Positions 49,130 through 61,865 of a DNA stretch of 64,000 bases are shown here, piece by piece. Positions within the stretch are counted from its first letter, which is position 1. Each line of letters starts with the position of its first letter. A program made the position numbers and the translations under genes. The stretch is taken from positions 34,472,001 through 34,536,000 of the forward strand of contig OZ241833.1 in NCBI GenBank assembly GCA_965202585.1, in the 5' to 3' direction. The notes below the pieces were generated by a model that was given only the letters and a program-made list of their open reading frames with translations, did no database searches and was not told the DNA's origin. The DNA comes from Thalia democratica. Lineage: Eukaryota.

Positions 49130-50449
49130 TCATTTCTGCTTGACGGTCGTCAGGGGAACGGCCTGCAGCACGGGGGCGTACTTGTTGGGCGCCGCCCGCC
49201 ACACGTCCCTCTTTCCCGCCTTTTTCTGCTTGTGGAGAAAATCGGTGAACAGGCCGTCCACTTCCCCGGCCTCCATCTTCGTGTAGGCGATGTTCGTGGG
49301 GTCCACCTGCCACGGGCCGTCGGTGTTTCCCCCCTGCTCGGTGCCCTTCTCCTTCCACAGCTTGAACGGCTTCGGTGCCTTTCTCGCTTCCGGGGATTTC
49401 CTGACTTCCTTGACGTTGCGGTGCACGGGGAATATCTCGTCGGGCGCGTACTTGGCCGCCCTGACGACGGAGGGCACGGGCGTGGGGGGAGACAGGGGCC
49501 GCTCCTTGGCGTACTCCTTGAGGAACCTGATGGGCAGGTTGTTCTGGTCGAGCATCTCCTTGCACCGGTCGTACCCGAACTGGCGCTTCGGCCGGTTCTC
49601 CATCCGGCCCTTCTGCGTGCCGACCGTCTTGACCCGGTCGGGCGCGTCGCTCATGCTCTTCGGCCCGATCCTGTGGCACGTGAGCGCGTCGTCCAGCCGC
49701 ACCTTGGCCAGCCTCCGGTCCGGCACCCGCCACTGGGACGCGTTCTTGTTGTCCTCGACCCGCTGCAGCCGGTGCAGCTTGGCGTCGTGGTACTCGCACA
49801 GCTTCCGCAACTCGTCCGACACCGTGAACATCTTCCACGTCTTCAGGTACAGCTTGTGCCTCAGTATGACTCTCAACACGTTCCTCGCGCAGTTTATGGC
49901 TATGGGCAGCACGCTGACGATGCCCCTGAACAGCTTCCTGCACTCCAGGCTGCTCAGCCTCAGAACGTGCGGTTTGGCGTGCTCCGACTCCACCCTGGTG
50001 ATGTCCTGCTGCGGGTCCATCACCTTCTTCCACAGGGTCAGGTCGAACCTCAGCTTGGGGTCGTTCTTGACGCGGTTGACGCAGAGGGGACGCAAAATCT
50101 TGCGGTAGTCGTCCAAGTCCTTGCACAGTTCGGTGAACAGGCCGCAGATGCGCTGGTCCACCAGCCGGTTCTTCATGTAGTCGGAGAAGTGCACCACCTC
50201 GTTGATGGTCTTCACCGGCGACTCGTCGTTCTTGTCCTTCAGCAGCTTGCACGTTTTGAGCGCGTTGGTGAAGGTGAGCAGCTGGGACATCATGGTCGTG
50301 TACCTCTCGTTCAGAGAGGTCATCATCTTCTTCACGTCCTCGACCACTTCCTCCTTCCGCGAGTAGTCCTTGATGTCGAGCATGCGCTGCAGGGCCCGGT
50401 AGAACCGCAGGTCCCTTTTGTTCGTGGCTAATTCCGGCCTCACTACCAT
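49130..50449 (-). CDS. SPACA9: SPACA9-like microtubule inner protein with long C-terminal extension, 439 aa, single exon
   Basis: Strong GC3 bias marks this as the real frame. VEDVKKMMTSLNERY...QLLTFTNALKTC, DQRICGLFTELC and RLSSLECRKLFRGIVSVLP match my recollection of human SPACA9 (MNEVKESLRSIEQKY...QLTFTAALEHC, DRRVLLMFLDIC, HLSCDEARNHYGGVVSLIP). The CDS itself is near certain; the name needs confirming. Confidence 0.75.
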   Translation of the reverse strand: MVVRPELATNKRDLRFYRALQRMLDIKDYSRKEEVVEDVKKMMTSLNERYTTMMSQLLTFTNALKTCKLLKDKNDESPVKTINEVVHFSDYMKNRLVDQRICGLFTELCKDLDDYRKILRPLCVNRVKNDPKLRFDLTLWKKVMDPQQDITRVESEHAKPHVLRLSSLECRKLFRGIVSVLPIAINCARNVLRVILRHKLYLKTWKMFTVSDELRKLCEYHDAKLHRLQRVEDNKNASQWRVPDRRLAKVRLDDALTCHRIGPKSMSDAPDRVKTVGTQKGRMENRPKRQFGYDRCKEMLDQNNLPIRFLKEYAKERPLSPPTPVPSVVRAAKYAPDEIFPVHRNVKEVRKSPEARKAPKPFKLWKEKGTEQGGNTDGPWQVDPTNIAYTKMEAGEVDGLFTDFLHKQKKAGKRDVWRAAPNKYAPVLQAVPLTTVKQK

Positions 50450-53400
50450 ACTTTTCAGTCAGGTGATACGAAAAAGTGGAAAAAAAGGTGAAATTTTGTT
50501 GTATGAAAATTTTCAGCCAGTTTTTCAAACAAATGACGTCACATAAAAGTCTTGGAATTTTTAGTATCAAAATACTACAATTTTATCCCTTTTATACAAA
50601 TAATGCAACTTTATTAAAGCAAGCCACGATAAAATCCATTCTTTTACTAACATTTGTTAGAGACTTCATTTAAAAATTGTAAAAGTGTAAACTGCTGTTA
50701 ATCAATTGGTAGTTATTGCATTAAAAACTTTTTTAATAACATTATATCGCTTTAGCTTTTTATCGAAACAGTTTGATTTAAACTTTGGTTCTTAAAAACC
50801 AGAACTATTTTGCTAAAAACTATTTAAAATACAAGCTTTTAAATGTCAGTTATCATTGGAGTTAAGTATTTTGTTAGAGCTTACGGTGACTACTTTAAAA
50901 TTTAAATTCAAACTAAGTAATTTTCATTTAGCTCAAAAATTTTAATTTTTAGATCTAATGTTTTAATTTAAAAAGTACGTTGTTGCATTTTTGCATAACC
51001 TAAAGAGATGCATTCTTTTTATACATTAACAGTTTTGAACTGCTTATATTCAAGTTTAACATAGTTTTCAAAAACCTTACTATTTTTAGTAAAACTTTTC
51101 GTGTTAATTAGTATAACTAAGGTAGTTTGCATATGAAACCGTAATACTAAAAACATTAAACTAAGTAGCTTTTGTAATAAAAAATACCCTATTTATTCAG
51201 CGATGTATGAACATGTGGTATTATAAGCCAATAAATAAACTGAAGTAAAATCTTCAAAGTTTTGAACATTGTTTTAAATTTTCAATGAAGGAAATGTATC
51301 TATAAAAGTTATAGTAAAGATTGTGGTATTTATACTTTTTAAAAACAGTTTTTTGCAATCAAAAATCATAACGTAAAATGCTTAAGAGCTAGACAAGTAA
51401 AGGCAGTCAATTAACAAAACAACTGTACTTTAAGGCAAATTCTTTGTTTAACTGACTTTTTTTCTGTTCATAGTATCCTTGATATATACTGTGCACTTTC
51501 TTTTGTATGCGTTCCGCTAATTAAGTTATACTTGTTACATACTCTATAGCTCATAGCTGTATGTATTTCATTCTTAGCAAAACGTCGTTAATTTAACAAA
51601 TTATTTGCATACGAAAAGAACAGTTTTTTTTTCTTAAAATATAGATATCTAACCACATAAACAATATACCTGTTAGAAAATTTTAATGAAAGTCAAAAAG
51701 TTTCAAGACTTCCTTGCATTACAGTTTGCTAAAAGTTTATGATAACTGCAGTACAAATTTGTTTGTAAGTAGTTATTTATGGTAAAATTTACTTTTTGCA
51801 GTTTGAGTTCGATAATTTTACCGCTAGTACACTTTTAAATCCAAAAAGTATAGTTAATTCGCGCTTTTGTTAATGTTTAAAAATGCTCTTTAGAGTCAAT
51901 TAGGTAACATTTTCTAGAGAAGACAAACAATTATTAATCTAATAAGTAAAAACTTTACAAGTAGATGTTTTATTTGAAGAATTTTATAAAGTAATTAAAG
52001 CATGCGTCTAAAAGTAATTAAAGTATAACGACATAATCTTTTTTTAAATAATAAATTTCAAACTTCAAATTCGTTTTATTAAACATAAAACTTCGATCAC
52101 TTAAGTACTTAAGTGTAGTATTTGAGAGTCCTGAGTTTAGAATAGTAATGATTTGATGCATAGTAACTTTTAACTGAAACTCAAACATGATTTGTTAGTC
52201 TTTTCAATTCTAAAGAAAATTAATCTAACACTATAGATTTACATAACTTAGTAAACTAAAGAATATTGTTTCAGTAAAACCCAACTTAATGAATTTTTCT
52301 AAGTAAAAACAACAACAACTATAAGTTGACAACTTACATATTAAATCCATTTTTGACTTACAGCTTAAACTTAAAAGAAGTTATTGAACTTTTAATTTAT
52401 CTCATTTTTAGGTTTTTAAGTAAAACTTTAATATAAACTAATAATAATATAATACAACTGCACACCAGGGGCGTGTTTTGACTAGTTTCATGTGCACCCC
52501 CTGAAAAAAAAAGGAAATAAAAGAAGCTTAGATTATTCATTAAAAAAGTTTTTTTTATAAATTTGGTTTTCCTTATATGCCAAACTTTCAAGTAATGAAT
52601 GTTGAATTTATCACATAGAAAGATTACATTTGGAAAGTTTTACATTTAGCTGAGCATCTCTTGAAGCTTAATCTCTTTTTAATGATTAGCTAGATTTTTC
52701 TTAGGACAAATACGGGCGAAACAAGTTCGCTAGAGTATAACAATTTCAAAAACTTAGTTATTTAAACTACTTGCGAAAAATTGTATATTTTTATGCGTTA
52801 GATAATGAGACTACATCATGCTAACTATTTAGATGTGCATCACGTTTAACTTAAATGTTGTTTTTATCAGAATTAGTTTTTTTTGTTCTTTAATGTACTT
52901 AACAACTCTTTTTTATTGACATAATTCAAACTAAATATCATACTTTATATTAACACTTTCTTTTAAATACTTAAAAAATTACGTAACAATAAAAGTATAA
53001 TTCAATGTGAGTACTTGATAGTTAAAAAAAAGGTCGGTAGTAATCCTACAGTATTAAAGTTATCCTAAAAGTAGAACCAAATGAGCAATTTATAAATTTA
53101 TAAGGATTATTAAGAGAAGTTATATTAAAATACATTGACCTTGTATACTAAAATATAATACCTTGTATAACTTATTATTTACACTAGTTTTTAAATTAAA
53201 GATGGACTTTAACAAAAATTTATTATAAAACTATTTATCTAAATTTTAATGCAAAAAAACACATGACAATGTGTAAAATTTAGTTTTGAATTTGTTCATC
53301 TATAAATACTCTTTTAGTTTAATACTCTTTTAAACTATTAAAGTTGTTATAAAAATGAAAACGACATTATTCTAAAGGTATAAAGTTATTACTAAATGTT

Positions 53401-53936
53401 AAAACAATGATAAACATTATTTGAGTGAGTATTGTGTTTTTAGCCTTAACAAAGTAGAAAAAAAGTATTTGTTCAAAAATTGCTATGCTTGAAACTTTTG
53501 TTTTACCTGATATCAAAAACTTATACTCTTGCAACTACAATAAATTATAAACTCTTTGTTACAATAGTATACTTTAAAGGAAACATAAAAATTAGGACAA
53601 AACATCTTGGGAAAACAAATTATTTATGTAAAAACGATGACAAAATAACCTCAATAAGTTAACCTGAAAAGTGTGTACTTCTTGTTTTTGTTACTATAAT
53701 TGTAAATAAAAATTTATATTAAGTCACAAACTTTGTTGCATGTCAAAAAAAAAAACAGATTATTTATAACTTAAAAAAAGTTATGTATTTGCAAAGTACA
53801 TACAACTTATAAGATTTCTAAACTTTTTTAAGAACTTTAAAAAAATAATAATACTTTTTAATAAGAAAACTTCGAACTAAAATGATAAGCCAAAGGGAGT
53901 TTATGTTATTTTATATTCTATTATAAGAAGATTTCC

Positions 53937-54151
53937 AAACTTCTTTGTATAGCATTTGCAACTTGATATATAGAGATTACTCACTTTTGTTTCATATATT
54001 ATATTTCACAAACGTTTTCAAAATTATACGATTTTCATTGTCAAGTGGTAAATGTTAAACCAATTTGAATTTTCAAATTTTGCGAAATAAATATAAAATA
54101 AAAATGATTTATCTCTATATACGAAGTTGCAAATGCTATACAAATAAGTTT
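53937..54151. repeat. About 215-bp palindromic MITE-like element
   Basis: AAACTTCTTTGTATAGCATTTGCAACTT.ATATATAGAGAT vs ATCTCTATATACGAAGTTGCAAATGCTATACAAATAAGTTT. Confidence 0.65.
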
Positions 54152-55481
54152 AAGTTATATTATTAAATATAGAGTATATAAACGATAAAGGTATAATAAA
54201 ATATACTACCATTAAAACACTTTAGATGAGTATGTTTATAAAAAAAAATACATATTAATTTATTTAGATTCTAATCATTAAAACACAAAAAAGAACAATA
54301 TAAAGGAGTTTAATAAAATACCAGTCGTTGAAATTTACAAATCGATCCAGTAAATATTAAAATACACAAGATTTTAAAAACAAAATCAGTTGCTTAAAAT
54401 TAATTTTCAACGATTTATTTAGTCTTGAATTTAATTATACATCTTTAAATAAGTCAGTTTGCTGCATCATAAAATAAAAGCTGTGTTTTATAACTCATAT
54501 TAAATGATAGCTGGCCAAATTCTCACACTTTAAGACTACAGGAGTTTTTACTGCTTAACATCAGAAAACAGACACAGTACAGAAAATGAAAAGTTATCAA
54601 AATAAACTAATTAGTTGTTTAAACAAAAACTAGCTACTAGAAGTATCCTTGAACATTTTGATAACTTTTTTTTGATTAAAAAAAAAATAAAAAAATCTAA
54701 ATTAAACTTCTGTGAATACAAAGTATATATGGAATGCAGTAGTAGACTGATTTAAAAAAAAAGATTTAACAAAAAATTCACACTTTGAAATTAAATCAAA
54801 CATCGATGAGTTTTTAGATGTATTCAAGTACTCAGAACAAAAAGTTCTCAAAACTGTTAAAAAACAACTGTTTAAAACTTGTGTTGACACTAATGTTTTT
54901 AAATACTTAAATTAAAACACTACCGAAGTCTTTTAAAAAAATTGTTTACAAGAGAGATTTTAATAGTATCTGATTATAAATGTAAGAGTTTAATTAATAA
55001 ATTTGCATACTTTATTGAAGGATTGACATATTTTTTCGCAACTTTGATTAATAATCCAGTTTATAGCTATGAGGATTGTACTACTGAAATAAAAAAAAAA
55101 AACAATGCTTTTTTTATCACAAATAATTAAAAAATAATAATTTTAGTGAAGTAGTGATAAAGCAATTATAACAAATACAGTGTTAAAGTTATCCAATCGA
55201 TTTTAAGAGGCAATAAAGAATTATTACAGTTAGAATGTGCAAAAAAGCTGTAAAAAACAAAATGAAATTTAAAAACAAAAAAAGATGCATAAAGATATAA
55301 GTTTAAAAAAAGTATTAAAACAATAACATATAAAATTATTATAAAAGGATACATTTTGTTTATTTTAGAAGGAATATATATATATTTTTAAATATCTAAC
55401 TAAATATCTGTTAGAATAATTATTTCTTGAATAGTCAAGTTTAGAATGTTTTTAAAGTTCCCATAAAATTAGTGTACAGAA

Positions 55482-56889
55482 TCAATAACAATAGTGAGCG
55501 ATGAGTGCCAACACCAGGTTTAGTGTATTCGTGTTTACAAAATGAAAGTAATTGCTGGCGTTCACACCCATGCGTTGACTGCTATCAACCGCCAAAGCTG
55601 AAAGGGTGTGGAGCAACATTTCAAACAGCACACAGCTGATGACCAAGGAGTGTTTTTGTTTGCAGTTTGTTGATTGATCTCTGAAGTGGATGCATGACTG
55701 AAGCACCATTGTAACGACTGCTGCAAACGTGCATACGATTGGCGTTGAGTCTAAAACTGGAGATGAGTAGATGCTTGCCTGTGAAAAAAGTTGATTGTTT
55801 GCTGTTGAATGAAACAATTTAAAAAAAATAGTTTTTGAAAATTTTATTACATCTGTGTGGTGATTGAAACATTTAAAAAAAATAAAGTTGGTGTTATATA
55901 TATTTGAAGTAAGAACTTTAGGCAATCTTTCATAGATTATAAAAATCTCATTTAGCTTTTATATATTATCATTTTAAAAAATGTATGGAACAGTAGTATT
56001 TTTTATTATCAACTTAAAAAAAAAAACTAAAGTGTCTTACTTCAAATTATCATAAAAGTTATTCAAAATATAGTAAACTTAGTTTAATAAAAATATCTGA
56101 AACTTTTAATTTTTTTAAAAAAAATTAGTTCTTCCAATTGTCTTTTTTTATATAAAGAACAAACTCTAAAAATCTGAGGGAGATTAGTCCATATTTGTAA
56201 AATGTTCTTCATTAAATAGTTTTACTTTGATTTCTAAGAGCTACGTAATTCTACAAACCTCACATATAAAGCATATGAAACTCTAAACTTTTCATTCTTT
56301 GTTCCTCAAAAGCTAAATCCAATTTAATTAAGAGATAAAGAGATAAAGATATACAAGAAAAGACAAACTTGTAAGTATAAAAACACCCCTATGGCCCTAA
56401 TTTACAGTTAACTTAAAAAAAACTAACATATATTTATTATACTATACATATACTACTTTATAACTCCAAGAAACTAACCATACCCAACGTAGTTACTGAA
56501 TAGTAGTTGATTATCAAGACAAGGAAAACGATGTTCCAAGTTATGACCATGAAAATCAAATTTGAAGATGCGTGGTAGGCAGAACTCACAAAGTTTGAAA
56601 TGTTGAAAAAGTAGGAAAAAAACAAGAGGCAAACGAACGCGTTGTGGGTGTAAGGTGTGTTTGCGGTCAGCAAAATATCACTGTGGACTTGAATGATGCG
56701 CCACAGGGTTAACCTGACCAAGCAACCGATGAGCACTCCTTTTGCAATTTTCTTGTTGCCTTTTGCTGAGTTGCTTAGCAGCAGAACTGCCAGTACTGCA
56801 ACTGACAAGTAAAAGGTTGCGCTTGTGAGGCATCTCCACAGGCAAGACTGTCTGTAGTCAAACAGTACCAAATCAGTGTAACTTGTCAT
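55482..56889 (-). CDS. Uncharacterised multi-pass membrane protein, 235 aa, 2 exons (56889-56479, 55778-55482)
   Basis: Two GC-richer ORF blocks joined in phase 0 by a GTTAGT...CAG intron; six to seven hydrophobic segments. No family recognised. Confidence 0.7.
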
Positions 56890-57172
56890 TGGTGTTACGT
56901 GTACCGTATATAGACAGTCAAATTAAATTTATATAAATTTCTAAAATTTTTAGTTGAATTAGTAAAACTCAAGTGATCAAAAGCAGTTGTACATTATTAG
57001 TTAGAAAGGGTTGTTTAAAAATATTTATCATTGGACTGCTTTGATTAGTGAACTTGAAAAAAACTTGGTGAAAATACTTTAAGTTAAAACAGAGTTTCTC
57101 CTTTGAGGCAAAACAATTAGCCTAATTTAGCCAGAGTTTATTATTGGAAAAAATTTATTAGTTAACTATTAA

Positions 57173-57593
57173 CAGGGTTGCCACTTGTTTTTTCCAAATT
57201 TTTTGCAGGTTTTCCAAATTTTTTCCAGGTTTTTAAAAGTAAACATTTTTGGGTCTATTTTTAGTTTCAAGTTAATTTCTATAAAAGAAACTGTGTTAAA
57301 TAGTACAAAAACATTTAAAAGATGCTGTAAAGTTACTTTAAATGAGTTTTTTAATAAAAAATTTTTTTGATAATGACAAGAAAATCTTATTTATATGATA
57401 GATTTTTTGTTTCAAATTGAAATTTTAATACTGAAAATGTTAAAACTATTAAAAATTCCAGGTTTTTTGATCAAAATTCCAGGTTTTTTTAAATTTCTCA
57501 AATTCCAGGTTTTTCCAGGTTATTTTTGCCTAAATTGTCAAATTCCAGGTTTTTCAAGGTTTTTCCAGGTTTCCAGGTAAAGTGGCAACCCTG
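57173..57593. mobile_element. MITE family B
   Basis: TIRs CAGGGTTGCCAC / GTGGCAACCCTG, both flanked by TATTAA; many internal TTCCAGGTTTT subrepeats. Confidence 0.8.
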
Positions 57594-58509
57594 TATTAAA
57601 TACCAAAAGCTTAAGGGTTGAAAGTTTATAGATAATTATAATCAATTAACAAAAAAAATTAAAACTAAATACTAGTATGTAAAATTAATAAAATAAATCT
57701 ATACAAACTAAAAAAAATGTTATTAAAACTTATGTCAATATTTCAATTAATTAAAAAAATAATAAAAAACAAACTTATTACATAAAAAAGTCAACTAATC
57801 AGAGTAAGCTAGAAATATTTAAAATTATTTAAAAAACTAACTACTTTAGTAGTCCTGCAATAAAAACAATCATTATTACAACAATAAAAAAACAAAGCTT
57901 ATTAAAAAAAAACATTGAAATTTATTTTCAAAAAAAGCTCACTAGACTAAATTAAACTTATTAGTTAAGGTTTTTTATATATGTCATATTTATGATGATT
58001 TGCACAAAATAACTTTTTGGTAATAAAAGTTGACTTAAGTTTTGTGAGCCAAAGGTTCCTAAACTTTTGAAGTTATTTACATCAAAATTGCCAAGCTCCA
58101 ATGGTGAGATTAGTTTACTGTGTTTTTTAACTAAACTTAAACTTTATTAATGTCTGCTAGGTATGTTTTGAGAAGGTTAATATTATAATATCATGATGTG
58201 ATTTACTTACTTGACCATCAGAAATATCTATCAATACATCAAAATAGTTCTGATTTTTTTTTAATTAAAAAGAATCATAGTATCCTATAAACCAAAAAAT
58301 AGTTAAAGTTAACCAAAAAATTAGGATCAGTGTAGCATAAATCCTTGGAACAGCGCTCACTATTTAAAATATCCCAAAAGCAACACAAAAATCCAAACTT
58401 TAAACTAAATAATTAGTTACAAAGTAGTGTTTAAAAACACATCATAAAGAAATTTTAACAGTCTAGAAAATTTTAATGAGTAGATCTGCCTATATCTAAC
58501 ACACAATGA

Positions 58510-58908
58510 AGAAAACATTGGCAATAGTCTACAGAGCAGAAGCCTATACTTTTGTATACCATAAGACAAGATCAAGTTTAATTAAAGGTTGATCATACCA
58601 ATTTGATCATCAGACAACCAGTCTTTGGTAGACTGAGACGAAACCTGCTCTGCAGACTTTTGCATGTTTTTGTTGATGGTATTTAATACAAGCGTACCAG
58701 ATGTCTTGGCTAGTGGATAATATATTAAACTTTGCACAGCAAAAGACAATGCTAGTATCACTGATCAATACCAGCAAATGGTTACTTCAAGTTCATGTGA
58801 ATGCATGATAAACCGTTTGTTGATTAAAGAATGCAATAGGACAAAACCTGTCTTAGTTTACCGAAGGCTTGTGGTCTGATGATCAAATTGGTATGATCAA
58901 CCCTTTAG
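58510..58908. repeat. Palindromic repeat family C
   Basis: Arms AGGTTGATCATACCAATTTGATCATCAGAC / GTCTGATGATCAAATTGGTATGATCAACCCT; second copy at 63690-64000. Confidence 0.75.
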
Positions 58909-59721
58909 TTATATGCTACATACATAACTTTTTACAGCTTACTTTTTTGTTAGTTTAAATAAAGGTTCAAACCATTGTGTTTTAACTTTTATAAATAGCA
59001 CCACCTGTGTTTTTTACAAAAACCCTGCATTGAAAAATAAAATTTCTGCCTCTTTTAAACTCAATTTTTTTTAAATGCTATGCCTATTATTAGTCAATAC
59101 TAAAACCTACCTTTAACTTGCTGTATGAAACTAACTTACTCTTTTTTACTAAGACTTTCTTAGATTTTATTTTTAGGGAAAGAAGACACAAAAAATAAAA
59201 GTGTGAAAATTGCACTACTAATGAAATTTGAATTAAGTTTAACACAAAAAGTTTATATCAGTATTGTCACTTTTTGAAACAAAAAAAAGGCTGAATGTTA
59301 TAAATTATAAAATTTGCACGTCAGGTACCAATTACTTTTGCTATAAACTTTTATAAAAACAACTGCAACCACTTATCAAAGAAATACTAAACCATAATCC
59401 AACTTAACTCCTTGATAATAAATTTAATTAGAGTATAATAAGCTATATAATAATGCGCAATTATATTCATTCTAAACATGAAATTTCCCTGGTTTTACCA
59501 TTGTGGGGAAACAGTGTTTTTATGATAAGTTTTAAAAATGGTTTCAAAATAGAAGATTTGAAAATAATTAACTACATTTTACAAACTATACAACCGAGTT
59601 TAAAAAGTAGAATAAGATACTGTTTTATTTTTAACTTTACATAGATTACAGCTTTAAGGATAAAAAAAATTTTTAGTTCTTAGCTTTAACAGTTTTTGGA
59701 ATTTTTTTTATTCAAATCAAG

Positions 59722-60351
59722 CTGAATACGTTTTTTTTAGTCTGGTGTTACAATTGATAGTAACCTTCGTTGGTCTGACCATATTGAAGCAGTAAAAACT
59801 AAGTTATTGAATACAATAGGTACTTTATACAAAACTAGGTACTTTTTATATCAAAATTCTTTATATTATATCTTTAACTCACTTCTAATGAGTCATGTAA
59901 GGTATGGACTATTGTGTTGGGGTAGGACTAGTAAAACTACTGAGATTGATAAACTTACAAATAGAGCATTTTGGTGCATTCATTTTAAAGATTGGAATGA
60001 AAGTGTTAACAGTATAAAACTAGAAAAGAAAATACTAAATATTTAAATATGTTCAAGTATGAGTTATGAGTTTTTATGCACAAGTTTAAAAGAAATACTT
60101 TGTCTTTTAACTTTAAGCCTTACTTTACAAGAGTAAATAAAATGCACAATCGTTCAACAAGACTTTCAGAGACAAATTATTATATCCCTAGAGTAAATAG
60201 TCTTTATGGTTCTAAAACCTTATCCTATCTTGGATGTAAAGTATGGGAGGAAATTCCAAGAAAACTAAAAGATCAGAGCTACCTTGGAGCTTTTCAATCT
60301 GGACTAAAAACTATTTTACTTAAAAATCAGTCAGATAGAATGCAAACTTAA
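59722..60351 (+). mobile_element. LINE (CR1/L2-like) ORF2 3' fragment, degenerate
   Basis: GVTIDSNLRWSDHIE..KTKL...IGTLYKTRYFL, IFNSLLMSHVRYGLLCWG, HNRSTR, KTLSYLGCKVWEEIP are typical of the region after the RT domain in CR1/L2-clade elements. Confidence 0.85.
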
Positions 60352-61448
60352 TTTTATCTATATTTTTTAACAACTAAGATAACTTTTGGTATTGGTTTAT
60401 TTGTAATCTATTCTTTGGCTAATTGATGGTGGTTTGACTGGATATGGGCAGAGATGGCAGAGTTTTTTTTTTTTGGATTTAGTGTTACTGTTTTGTTTCC
60501 ATTGACTATAGGGCTAAAAATAGGTTTGCTCAGTTTTTATCTTACTTAACTAAATTTTAATAACAATTCAAATGAGTTAGATGAATAGATTTTTTTACAG
60601 AGGTACAACATTGTATTTAACTATCTTTAATAATTTGAAATTTTTTTACTTGTTAGATTATTAATATTATTATTTAGAAAAAAAAAACAGGTGATGAGTT
60701 CACTTTACAAGTAATAAAAGTTATTTGATAGTGTATTTATTATTATTTTATTGTGATTTTTTTTTAACTTGCTTTTACCTAGAGTTTATTAGATGTTTAT
60801 TAAGCTGTTTTTATGTAAAGTTTATTAGATATTTGTTAAGTTTTCTTCAAAATATATTTGTACATTAAAAAGTATGATCTCTTCTTAGGTAGATATTTAC
60901 ATTACCTTAAGTTTTTACAACATTTATAGTTATGAGAATTAGCAATCATAATTGAGCAATAACATATACTAGAAGTACTTTGTATATTTTTTTTTTTCTA
61001 AATAAATTTAAGCACATACTAAGAAAGTTTAGATATATTTCTACAGTATATTATGATTTACAGTTTTTGTTTTATACTTGTGTTTAATCTTTTTTCTATA
61101 TTTAAAGATGAGATATATGTTTTTTTTTTTCACTGTATTTCTACGACTTCTCCCTTTTTATGCTATAATGGAACTTTGTATTGCATTTTTCGTGGTTGTT
61201 CTTGTAAAAAGTTGTTTATGTATGTGTCAGCTATGGGTCAACTTATCTTACAAGGTTCAACTTAAAGAGTTTTCATCGACACAATTAGGACTCCTAAGAC
61301 ATAAGGCCAAACAAAGCTTGTATCTATATTTACTGAGCAACTTGTATATATATTAAGTTTCGACCAAAAATTATTAAAGTTATATTGCTTTTCATAATTT
61401 TTTGATAGCTTTGAATGATCTTGAGCTACTTCAGCTAAAATAGCAAGT

Positions 61449-61865
61449 GGGTGCACGACTATTCAAATTCGGACAATTCAAATTCCGACAATTCAAATTC
61501 TTAATAAAAGATTAAAACAACTAAAAATAAAAAAGTAATGTGTATTTGACTTAAATAAAAAATTCATATGTAAATCATATTAATATCTACAGGCCATTTT
61601 TTTCTTTCTGCAAAACATTAAATACTTTTTGAGATATGGCTTATATAAAGTAAAAAACATAGTTATTTTTAGTAATTTTAAAATATCTAGAAAAGTATTT
61701 TAGATTTTGAAAAAAAATAAAAAAGTGGCTGTAGATATTATTAAGATCTACATATATATTTTTTTCAAATTTATATTACTTATTGAGATATAGTCCTTTT
61801 AATATTTTTTTAAGAATTTGAATTGTCGGAATTTGAGTTGTACAAATTTGAATAGTCATGTAACC
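61449..61865. mobile_element. Palindromic MITE with 9-bp TSD (MULE-like), family D
   Basis: Perfect TSD ATAGCAAGT at 61440-61448 and 61866-61874; about 55-bp TIRs with repeated ACAATTCAAATTC(C/G)G units; inner arms also inverted. Confidence 0.87.

Noticed and set aside
49100-50570. Two extra long ORFs (443 aa plus strand, 482 aa minus strand) overlapping the SPACA9-like CDS
   Set aside because: Expected shadows of very high GC3: the in-register antisense frame needs TTA/CTA/TCA codons to stop, and the frame starting at codon position 3 needs T there. The products are low-complexity R/G/A/P-rich with no motifs.
57390-57580. Regularly spaced TTCCAGGTTTT repeats, and about 20-bp units at 43820-44300, resembling a CRISPR array
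   Set aside because: Units are short and irregular with no unique spacers, lie inside TIR-bounded MITEs, and the context is eukaryotic with no cas genes.
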